Shown here piece by piece: positions 41,807 through 54,100 of a stretch of DNA of 64,000 bases. The notes beneath the pieces are model-generated. The model made no database searches. It was not told where the DNA came from and was given only the letters and a program-made list of their open reading frames with translations. This stretch comes from Paragordius varius (taxonomy: Eukaryota; Animalia; Nematomorpha). How positions within the stretch are numbered: the first letter of the stretch is position 1; every line of letters starts with the position of its first letter. The DNA is taken from positions 1,054,001 to 1,118,000 of the forward strand of contig OZ176058.1 in NCBI GenBank assembly GCA_964247055.1, given 5' to 3'. A program made the position numbers and the translations under genes.

Positions 41807-42128
41807 CAGTAAAAATTGAAATTATACGGACAAAATGTTAAAATATAATGACTAAATTTCTTTCAAAAGATAACCATACTTTTTTAACATAATTTTATCC
41901 TATAAAATTTAACAATCGTAAAGTACATAATTGAATGTGTTACCAATTTCCATTTCTAATTATACGTTTTAGTTTTAAACAATAAATCATATTTAAAAAA
42001 AACCAAGATTTAAAAAGTATGGTTAACTTTTTGTTAAAAATATTTGTCTATATATTTACTCGTTTTGTCCGTATAAATTATTTGTCTTTATATTTTTACG
42101 TTTTGTCCGTATAATTTCATTTTTTACT
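41807..42128. mobile_element. MITE family 1 full copy with duplicated right TIR segment
   Basis: TA-CAGTAAAAATTG start; TTTTGTCCGTATAA occurs twice at the right end. Confidence 0.8.
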
Positions 42129-42387
42129 TTAAATTATTGCGGATTTAAATTAAGTGAAGTCAAAAATTTATGATAAGACCAACGTAAGAAGCATTTGATC
42201 TTGGTGAATAAATTTGAAATTTTCTATCAGATATTGCCATTTTATTTTTCTTTATAAAATTTCAACTGTATTTTAACTAAATTAGGGAATTTATGATAAA
42301 ATTTGAAAACTCAGAAATTAAATATATATTATCAAAACTTTATTAATTTGGTGTTATTGTGAATTGCTAACTAACAATGTAATTAAC

Positions 42388-42390
<3 letters not shown>

Positions 42391-42447
<57 letters not shown>
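42391..42447. repeat. (TA)n microsatellite
   Basis: About 28 TA units; shorter runs at ~21165-21192, 25078-25098, 48121-48147 and 59975-60017. Confidence 0.95.
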
Positions 42448-42451
<4 letters not shown>

Positions 42452-43050
42452 AAATTCCATCGTGTATATTAGGTAATATTTAGCATAAAGAATATATATT
42501 TTCACATCAAAAAAGTTGTTTAAATCCAAAAAAATATTATAAAAAAAATTATTCAAAAAATGAGTTGAAAAATGTGGAACGTTATAATTTTTTAATATTA
42601 CAATTGGTTAATAGTATGATATGTTTAGTAAATATAAAATATTTAAAATATCGAAATATATATGTATATAATTTTGAAAATTTGCACAATATATATAAAA
42701 ATATTATTTCCAATTTTTGAAATATTTAATCAATTATTGAAATACGGATTGAAAATATTTTATCTTTTAGTAAATGGTATATATAATCATTTACCACATA
42801 AATTATCTACAAAAATTCCAAACTAATGCATATTAAACTGTTTTTCAAAAACAAAAAGAAGTGTAAATCTAGAAAAATTTTAATTTTCAATTACGATTAT
42901 ATATATATAATTTTCAATTAATATTATTTAACATGGTTAAAATATTCAAGAATAAGAGTTTTTTAACATTGTCAATTATTAATTTATCAATTTTTCTCAA
43001 ATTTAGTATTACAAAAAAAACATTTTTTAGTTTTTGACTTTTTGAAAGCC

Positions 43051-43202
43051 TTAAATTGCTTTAATTTCATTGTTGGTAGATGTTTTTTGGGGTGTTGAAT
43101 GTACAGATGTAGTTTTTAAACTAGAATTTTTATTATTAATGTTTCCAGGGTTATTGTTTGAGTTTATAGTGGGATTATTTCTGTTAAGTGTAGGTTGGCC
43201 CC
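43051..43202 (-). CDS. LSM14: LSM14 terminal coding exon
   Basis: RGQPTLNRNNPTINSNNNPGNINNKNSSLKTTSVHSTPQKTSTNNEIKAI*; tttag| acceptor in matching phase. Confidence 0.75.
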
Positions 43203-46200
43203 CTAAATTTAAATATTCATATTTATAATTTATACAGTAAAAATTTAAATTATACGGACAAAACGTAATAAAAATAATTTTTTATCTAAAAAAGAACCAT
43301 ACTTTTTAAATCGATTATATTATTTTGGTTTGCAGAATAATTAGATATATAAAATTGTTTTAATAAACTCAATTTGAAAATTGTTTAATATACCATTTAC
43401 AATTCAAACAAATTCACCCCTGAACAAATCAAATTCACCCTAAAAATAAATTATGTGTTTTCGGGCTTATAGAACTCATTATTAATATAAAATATATCAT
43501 GACACATAGTTTATTATTTTTTCAGTATTATTTTAATTACAAACAAAATTTAATTTTTTTTAAAATGATAAAAAAAATAAAGCTAAGTAATAAATTTTAA
43601 AAGCACAATTAGGATGAATTTAAATTGTTCAAGGGTGAATTTAAAGTGTAAATGGTATATAAATTCCATAAGCCTTTAAAAAAATAAAAAAAAATATTTA
43701 TTTATAAAGAGTTAAAAAGTAAAAAAATTAATATTTTAAAAAAATTTTTTCAAAAAAATAAATAAATAAATATCTTACTATTTGGATTATAATTTCGATT
43801 GGAACCAAATGTTGTTGAAGAATTTGTATAACGCGCAGAACCAAAATAATTTCCTCTGTAATTTTGACCGCCATTTCCTCCTAGAATTAACATAATTTTA
43901 AAATTATTTATTTAAATTTTATTTGTCAAAAAAATTAAATTAAAAACATTTCAAGTTGGTCATTTTTTTTGTTTTGTGTTTAACTTTTATCATTTTAAAG
44001 TTTATTCTTTTAATTTTAACCATAATTTTAAATCACTTTTGACCATTCAGATAATACTGTATATTATTAAATTTTTTTAAAAAAAAAATTTATTAATTTT
44101 AATAAAATTTCAACTTAATTAAAAAAATAGTATAAGTTTTCTGAGTTATTCATTTCAAATGTATATTTTCGTTGAAAACAATTATAATTGAATAATATTG
44201 TTGAATTCTAAAAATTAGTTAAAAACAAAAAATTGGTTTTATATAATCAAAAATATATCTAATCAAGAAAATTAGGCCTTAAACTAATAAAAAAAATACA
44301 TGCAAAATTTACGGTTAAATCCAAACCTAAAAAATGTTAAAGACCAACTTGAAAAGTTTAAGGACCAACTTAAAGTGTTCAAGGATCAACCTGAGCTAAT
44401 GTTATAAACAACTCCAAAATATAAAGTCAGTAGAAACTCATAGATGACAAAATAACTTAAAAACAGCCTTCCAAAAAATAAAAATACTAATATATTTAAA
44501 TAAAAAACATTTCTCTACGGAGCATAAAAATCGCAAAAACTATAAATACTTTATAAAAATAAACCAGCTTACAAAAAGCGATTTTTTATATAAAATCCAA
44601 AAAAGTTAGTATAAAAACCATAAACCAGCCTCCAAAAATATTTTTCACTATTGGAGTAATTATTATAGCTTTTTATATCTTAAAAACTATTCGAGTCTTA
44701 CCAATAAGCTATCAATTTTCTAATATTCCGAATATAAAAATCTAAAATCTTAAAAACATTAAAAGTTAATTATCAATAACCCTGTAAAAACATCAAAATT
44801 TTTACCAAAAAATGCTTATAATATACTGTTATTATTTAAAAAATTTGTCGATTTTGTTGGTTATATACCATTTACAATTCGAATTCACCATCAAACAATT
44901 TAAATTAACTCTAAAAATAAATTATGTTTCGAACTAATACTCATTATTAATAGAAATCTATGTTTATGGCGCATAGTTTATTATTTTTCAGTATTAATGC
45001 AAAACAAAAATATAGGTAATTTTTAATCTTAAAAACATATGATTTAAGGGTGAATTTGAATTTCAAGGGTTAATTTTAATTGTAAATGGTATATTCACCA
45101 CATCACCCTATCATATGGCTTCTTCTAAATACACACCGCGTTCTCCAAATGCCTCAAAATCGAGGTTCAGGTGATATTTCACATTTTTTTGAAAAAAATC
45201 ATTAAACTCTGAACAGAACTATTATCAAAAACCGCAAAAACCCTTCTAAATCAATGTAAATTGTACAAAGTCTATATATTCAAAATAAAAATAGACCCAG
45301 AAACCTTAAATTGGAAATCCAAAACATACAGCTTTTAAAAACTCAAAACATATAATTAATAATTTCAAACATAAAACACCCCTAGAAGTTAAAAAATATT
45401 AAATTTTTCTATATTTTATTGTTAATTATTAGAATAATTTTGTCGACTTTGTTGGTTATATGTACCTCCACGACCTATTCATATAATATTTCCACCACTT
45501 CTAAATGCGCCCTTCCCCTCCAGAGGCCTCAGAATCACCTTACAGATCAGCTGATTTTTATGACCTCAAAAATTTTAAAAAATTGAAAAACATTTTCAAA
45601 TATTTAAAAGAAATCTAAAAAAATACTCCAAAAATCGGTCAAAAATATTTAAAATAACAGCCAAAACCGCTGAAAAATTTTGATTTTCTTCAAAAAACCT
45701 TTCAAAAACATCAAGTTTTTAAACAGTTGAAAAAAAATTCTTTAATGTTACTATAATTATTCGTTCGATCGATACCTACACCTTTTGAAATGTTCCCGCT
45801 TAGAGGCCTCAGAATCGTAAGATCAGCTGATATTTCTCAAAAATTCCAAATTTTTCAACTCCATTTTTATATTTTTTAAAACAAATCTTCAAAATACCAA
45901 ATATTTCAAAAAAAACCCTTTAAAATATCAAATTATCATTTTTTGTATTTAAAAAGTTACTGTAATTATTCTAATTCATCGATACTTTTGGTTATATCCG
46001 CCGCCACGCCCTCTCATATTGCCCCTTCTAAATGCGCCACCACCCCTAAAAACCTCAAAATCGCCGTCATGAGCTGATATTTTAACACTCAAAAATTCCA
46101 AAATATTGCAGACTTGTAAATCAAAATTCCGAATTTACAAAAATTTCATATATTTTTATAAAAAAATCTTCAAAATTTCAAATTTTTTGTTCAAAAAACC

Positions 46201-48120
46201 CTTCTAAAAAATCTAGTTAAAAAAATTCCTAAATTTTACTGTAATTATTCGAATAATTCGATCGATATTGTTGGTTATATGCGCCACCACCAAGCCCTCT
46301 CATATTGCTCCTTCTAAATGCGCCGCCACCCGCAGAAATCTCAGAATCGCCGTGCACATCAGCTGATATTTTAACTCAAAAATTCCAAAATATTGCAGAC
46401 TTTTCAAATCAAGATTTCGAGTTTTAGAAATTCATATATTATAAAACAAATCTTCAAAATCCAAATTTTTTCAAAAAAACCTTTAAAGGTTCAAATTATC
46501 AATTTTTTTGTAAAAATTTTACTGTAATTATTCGAATAATTCGATCGATATTGTTGGTTATATCCGCCGCCACCACCACGCCCTCTCATATTGCCCCTTC
46601 TAAATGCGCCACCACCACCACCATGCGCAGATGTCTCAGAATCGCCGTGCACATCAGCTGATATTTGCAGTTTTGCAAACAGGTCCCGTTGCTTATCCAA
46701 ATTGGTTTGACATGAAATGGTGTCCCAAAAACTAAGTTTACTATCATAACAACAAACGCCACTATCACCCCCATCATCTAAAGAATTATTGAAATAGAAA
46801 ATAGAAAAAAAAGGTTTTTGAAAAAGTAATTTTATAAAAAAGTATTAATTTTTTTTTATAAAATTATATTTTTTTTAAAAAAAAGTTATCAAAAAATCAT
46901 TAAAAATGATAAATAAATGAAGAATGAAATAAATATTATATATATATTTTAAAAATATAAACAGAGAATAAATATTTTTTCCCATCAAAACTATGTAAAA
47001 AATATATATGAAAAATTAAATTTTCAGAGAGGAATTTTCAGTTAAATCAAATTTTTTAAATGAAAACTAAGTTTACTATCATAACAACAAACGCCACTAT
47101 AACCCCCATCATCTAAAGAAATTTTGTGATAAAAAATAAAAAAAAGTTTTAAAAAATATATTTTTTTAAAAAAGTATATATTTATTTATTAAAATTAATA
47201 TTATATATATATTTTAATAAAAATAGAGAATTTTCCCATCAAAATCTGAAATATTTATCAAAAAATTTTTTGAAATGGGAATTTTCAATTAAATCAAATT
47301 TTTTAAATGGGTCTTAAAAAACTAATCACCTCCATTAAAAATTTTGTAATATGAATTTAAGAAAAAATTAAAAAATATATTTTTATATAAAAGAATCATT
47401 TATTAAAAAATAAATATTATATATATATATTTTGAAAATATAAATAGAGAAATAAATATTTTTCCATTATAACTTGTAAAATATGTGAAAAATTAAATTT
47501 TCAGAGAGGAATTTTCAATTAAATCAATTTTTTTAAATGGTATCCCAAAAACTAAGTTTACTATCATAACAACACACGCCACTATCACCCCCATCCATCT
47601 AATTGATAAAAAATTAATAAAAAAAAGTTTTATAAAAGTTTTTTTAAAAATATCATTTAATAAAAAAATAATAAATATATGTATATTTTAAAAATAAAAT
47701 AATAATTTTTTTTCCTTCAAAACTCGGTAAAAAAATTTTTTAAATGGGTTTGTTTCAATTATATCAAATTTTATAAATGGGTCCGAAAAACTAATCACCC
47801 CCATTGTCTAAAGATTTTGTGAAATATAAAATAGAAAAAAAATTAAGAATAAAATTATATTTAATAAAAAAAATAGTCGGTAATAAATATATTTATATTT
47901 TAAAAATAAAAAAAATTTATTAAAACTCTGTAAAAAATATTCATCAAAAATTTGAAATAGGAATTTTCAATTATATCAAAGTTATAAATGGGTCTTAAAA
48001 AACTTATCACCTCCCATCATCTAAAGATTTTGTGAAATAGAAAATAAAAAAAATTAAGCATAAAGTTTTAAAAAAGTATATTTTTATAAATATATAAATT
48101 ATTAAAAATAAAATGAATAC

Positions 48121-48153
<33 letters not shown>

Positions 48154-51100
48154 TATAAATCGAAAAATAATTTTTTTTCCATCAAAACTCCGTTGATATA
48201 TATAACAAAAATTGTTTTTAAATAGAAATTATGGAAAAGCTCAATATTTGTAAATGGTGTCCCAAAAACTAAGTTTACTATCATAACAACACACCCCACT
48301 ATCACCCCCATCATCTCAAGTAATTTTGTGAAATATAAAATAGAAAAAAATTAAATAAATAATATTTTTTAAAAAAGTATATATTTATTATAAAAATATC
48401 ATTAAAAATGATATAATTTGCGCATTTTTTATGAATTTTAAAATAAATTTTTTAAAAAAACTTTTCTAAATCTTAAAAAATTCTTAATTATTATAAAAAA
48501 ACCTAAAACTAACCTTTATCTTTTTCCTCTTCGATTTCGTGCTCAATATTAGTCGCACTTTTAATTTTATCTCAAAAATGTCATTTTTCTTGAAATAAAT
48601 TTTTTTCGAAATATTTAAAATCAAAAAATCCAAATTCCTCAAAAATCCGTAATCCTTAAAAATCCTTAACCCTTAACTTTTCAAAAAAAAATATCTCAAA
48701 ATTTTAAAAAAAACCTTGAAATTAACCTTTATCTTTTTCATCTTCTGTTTCATGCCCAATATTAGTGACACTTTATTTTCCCTCAAAATATTTTTATTAA
48801 TCTAAATTAACCTTTATCTATTCAGAACATCAAAAAATCTAAATTCCTTAAAACACCTTGAAATTATTAAATCTATATTTAAACCTTCTTAAAATACTTA
48901 TAATAAAAAAAATTTTCAAAAGCCTAAAAAATTTTAACTATTTTAAAACAACTCTAAAAACTAACCTTTATTTTTTTTTCTCTTCCGTTTCATGACCAAT
49001 ATAAGTGTTAATATTTTTATTTATTGCCCTTAGAAATGTCATTTTTGTTGGCAATTTTAACGATAATAAATTTAAATTTCCAAATATTAAAGTCAAAAAA
49101 TTCAAATTCCTTAAACATCCTAAAACTATTAAATCTATTTCCCTTATGTCTTAAAACAAAATTTGTTTTTAAAAACACAATTTTTTAAAAAACAAATTTT
49201 TTAAAAAAAACCTTAAAAACTAACCTTTATCTTTTTCCTCTTCAGTTTCGTGCCCAATATTAGTGATCTTTTCTTAGAAATGTCAGTTTTATTTGCAAAT
49301 TTAACCAAAAAACTTTTATTTCAAAAGATTAAAAAAATCAAAAAATTCAAATTCCTTAAAAATCTTATAAGCATTGTTTGTAAACCTTCATATATTTCCT
49401 CTACTGTTGCGTGCAAAATTGATGGATTTCATTGAGTTTTCACACAATTATATTACATATTTAAGCATTTTATATAAAAAAACAACTTACAAATAAAAAA
49501 ACTTTTCTAAATCTTAAAAAAATCTCCAATTTTTTAAAAAAACAAAAATATAAAAACTAACCTTTATCTTTTTCCTCTTCAATTTCGTGCCCAATATTAG
49601 TCGCACTTTTTATTTTTCCCTCAAAAATGTCATTTTTATTAAAATAATTTTTTTCGAAATATTTATAATCACAAATCTAAATTCCTTAAAAAAACTTAAA
49701 TATAATTTTCAAACCTTTATCCTATACATTATGGTTCATAATTGATGAATTTTATTGAGTTTCTACACAATATATTTACATATGCGCATGTTTAATAAAA
49801 AATCACAAAAACTTATAAATTAAAAAAAAAACTTTTCAAAAATCTTAAAAAATTCTCACAATGTCTTAAAAAATCGCAAAATTTTTAAAAAAATTCTAAA
49901 ACTAACCCTTATCTTTTTCCTCTTTAGTTTGGTGGCAAATATTGGCGGTACTTTAATTTTATCACTTAAAAATATGTTTTGTTAGCAAATTTTCCTTAAA
50001 AATCTTAAAATTATATCTATTTCCCTTATTTTTTAAAAAAACTTTTCAGAATCTTAAAATATTTTCATTATTTTTAAAACAACCCTAAAAACTAACCTTT
50101 ATCTTTTTCATCTTCTGTTTCGTGACCAATATTAGTGTTGCCACTTTTATTTTTCCCTCCAGAATTGTCATTTTTATTTGCAAATTTAATCAAAAAATTT
50201 AAATTTATAAATATTAAAAAAATCATTTAAACATTCAAAACCATTTTATTTTCATCTAGTGTTTGCAAAATTGATGGATTTTTTTTAATTTTTACACAAT
50301 TTACATATTTTATGCAAAATTTTAAAATCAAAAAACCTTTTTAAAAAAAACTTTTCAAAAGCTTAAAAAAATTCTCAAAATTTAAAAAAAAAAACAAAAA
50401 TATAAAAACTAACCTTTATCTTTTTCCTCTTCAGTTTCATGCCCAATATTGGCCGTACTATTTTTCCCCCCAGAATTATCATTTTTATTATCGATTTCAT
50501 CATCGCCGCCGGAGTGTAAGAGATTGCTTGTTTTTTCAAGATCACCTGATTTTTTTAAAATGTATATATAATATATATAATACGTTTAATATAATGTTTA
50601 ATAACGTGACATTTATATACCATTTACAGTTCAAATTCACCCTTAAACAATTCAATTTCACCCTTTCGAACAATTCAAATTCACCCTCAAATAAAATATA
50701 TGTTTTTTAAGATTAAAAATTACCTATATTTTATATATTTTTCAAAAATAAATATTTTGTTTTAAATGAAAAATAATACTGAAAAAATAATAAAATATAC
50801 CATTAACATATATTTCATATTTATAATAAGTTATATTTGTTTAGAGGTGAATTTAATTGTTTAAACTGTAAATGGTATATATATGTATATAAAAGGCTTA
50901 AATATAATGTTTAATAGCGTGACATTTATATGTCGACGCACTTAAATTTATCGAAAATTACCATTTTTCCTTTGTAATAAAATATTTCGAACATATCGAA
51001 AAAAACACTTAACTTTCCTGCTCTTTAACTATGTTTCTGATTTAAAGAATATATAAAATTGTTTAACTCAACTAATGCTGTTTTTCGTCGTATTTAGTCA

Positions 51101-54100
51101 ATATCGTATTTTTAACCTAACTAACCCGTTTTTTCATACAAATTACATAAAAATCCTTTTTTGTGTTTTTTCGCATAAAAAACTTAAAAATTTTAATAGA
51201 CCTTGGAAAAACCCATTTTTTATCTAAAATTTATGCTAAAAACCTTACCCCTTTTATCAGCTTTAGATATCATGAGTTTCTTAAAGCGTTCACTAAACTC
51301 ACGGGCTGCGGCCTCTTTATCAAAGGCTTTTAACAAAAATTTTTACGTTATATTTTATAACCCCTTTAAGTCTAAATTTATCAATTTTATAAAGAAAAGC
51401 TGTGCTAAAATCACATTTTTCAACCAAATTAACCCGTTTTTTCAATACAAATTACATAAAAACTCTTCTTTTTTCGTAAAAAATACACCATTTATAAATA
51501 GAATTACAAAAAAACCCAATTTTTACTTTAATTCACCCAGATTTACCTAAAATTTCAAAAAACCTTACCTTTTTTATCAGTTTTAGACATGATGAGTTTC
51601 TTAAAGCGTTCACTAAACTCACGGGCCGCGGCCTCTTTGTTAAAGGCCTTTAACTTTATGAAAATTCTTATATTAATCTTTTTTAAGGCAGAAATAATTT
51701 CATAAGGAACAATGCTAAAATTACATTTTAATACCAAACTAACGCATTTTTTCGTACAAATTATATAAAACTCTTATTTTTCTGTCCTTTTTTCGGAGAA
51801 AAAAAAACCTAAAAGTTTAATAGACCTTAAATAACCCATTTTTTACTCTAAAAAACCCATTTTTAAACCCAAATTAATGCTAAAAATTACCTTTTTTATC
51901 AGTTTTAGACATCATGAGTTTCTTAAAGCGTTCACTAAACTCACGGGCCTCGACCTCTTTATCAAAGGCCTTTAAATTAAAACTTCAAAATCGAAAATTC
52001 TTAAAATATATTTTATAACCCCTTTAATTCTAAATTAAATAATTTTTAAGGAAAGCAATGCTAAAATCGCATTTTTAACCAAAATAACCCGTTTTTTCAT
52101 ATAAATTACATAAAAACTCTTTTTTTTCGTAGAAACACCAAAAACCATTTTTTACTCTAAAAAAATCTATTTTTCACCTAAATTTATGCTAAAAACTACC
52201 TTTTTTCTCAGTTTTAGACATCATGAGTTTCTTAAAGCGTTCACTAAACTCACGGGCCGCGGCCTCTTTGTCAAAGGCCTTTAACTTTATGAAAATTCTT
52301 ATATTAATCTTTTTTAAGACAGAAATAATTTCATAAGGAAAGCAATGCTAAAATTGCATTTTTAACCAAATTAACTCGTTTTTTGTATAAATTACATAAA
52401 AACTCCCTTTTTTGTGCTTTTTTCGTGGAAAAAACCACATGAGTTTTAAAAGACCTTAAATAACCCATTTTTTACTCTAAAAATTATGCTAAAAAACTTA
52501 CCCTTTTTCTCAGTTTTGGACATCATGAGTTTCTTACTCCTTTTTTTGTGCTTTTTTCGTGGAAAAAACCACATAAGTTTTAATAGACCTTAAATAACCC
52601 AAAATTATCTTAAATTTATGCTAAAAATTACCTTTTTTCTCAGTTTTAGACATCATGAGTTTCTTAAAGCGTTCGCTAAACTCACGGGCCGCGGCCTCTT
52701 TGTCAAAGGCTTGGTTTGAGGCTTCAAAATCGAAATCTTCCGAGGGTGGTGGAACATCCCCAAATTGTACAGTAGCTGTGGCAGAATTGTTCGTATTATT
52801 TTGATTATTTTGGTAGCGATTTGAATGATATCCACCCCTAAATTTATCAAAATAAAGTTAATAAAATTTTAATTTTTTTAATAAATTTCTTCTTAAACAC
52901 CCATATAGTTGACAATAAAATCCTAAACTTTTATTTTTAAAACTTTTTAACCCTTAACCCAAAATTTACGTAAGATTTTTAAGTAATATTATAGAAGCGG
53001 CAGAATTGTTCGTATTTTCATTAACCGATGGCTATTTGATATCCGCGCCTAAAGTAATGATTAAATTAATAAAAGATTCTTTTCTTTTAATAAATTACTT
53101 CTATTCAACTTAACTCACTTTATTTTAAATAAATTTCTTCAAAAAATCTCAACTTTACTCTATACCTGAAAATAAAATAAACCTAACCCTTAATTAGTTA
53201 AAATTTACTTGAAATTTTTTAAATTTTGAACACCTTAAAATAATTAAGCAATAGTATAGAAGTAGGAAAACTATTCGTAGTATTTTGATTTTGATAGCAT
53301 TGGCTATTTGAATGATATCCGCTACTAAATTTATAAAATAAAGTTATATTTAATCTATAACTCCCCTTAAATTTTAATTGTATTAACACTTCTAAAACAG
53401 TTAATTTCTGAAAATTCATATTTAATAGGACCTGAAAAGTCTTTAAACATTCAAAAGTAAATTAAATTTTATGGACGAAAAATTATTCGTATTTATTTGA
53501 TTATTTTGATAAGACCGATGGTTATTTGAATAATATTCGCTCCTGTAAAATTAAAATCAATTAAAGATTAAATTATTTTAGTTAAAAAAATCTCTTACAT
53601 TAAATATAATCTTTAATTTTTAATTTTAAAAACTATAAAACGTTTAATTTCTTTAACTCATATTTCATAATACCTAAAAAGCTTTAAAATCATATACACC
53701 GCTAAAAATTTTAAATAATTAAATAGCCACATAATTGTTCGTTATTTTGATAAGAACGATAATTGAATTCACCCTTAAATTAACAAAAAATCAAATAATT
53801 TTAATTTAAAAATTAAAATTTCTTGAACCCAAAGTTTACTTATTATGGGAAGTTATATCACGATTATTAAAATATGATTATGTAAAATTATAATGATAAA
53901 AAATTTAGAATATTTTTATCACAACTATTTCATTATTAATATATAAATTTTATATCAAACACCTTTTTACCGAAAAAAAATTTAAAATAAATTAAATCTA
54001 AAATTAAAAATTATTTTTTTTTAAATTAATTTACCTATTATTGTAAGTCACTCTAAGATTATTAAAACAATTCATATTTTCTTAAACATTTTCAATACAA

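Noticed and set aside
43800-43815. TTFG in the penultimate exon as a relocated TFG box
   Set aside because: Lacks the upstream E/R..N.E context of the family motif and sits in low-complexity sequence; noted only as a possibility.
44330-44410. Plus-strand coiled-coil-like KDQLEKF-KDQLKVF-KDQPELM repeat
   Set aside because: Three diverged 21-bp units resembling the MITE family 2 repeat; antisense within an intron; no start context.
51203-52850. ORFs 51203-51550 (+), 51555-51737 (-), 52653-52850 (-) as separate genes
   Set aside because: Antisense, read-through or off-frame translations of the FDF exon and its tandem copies.
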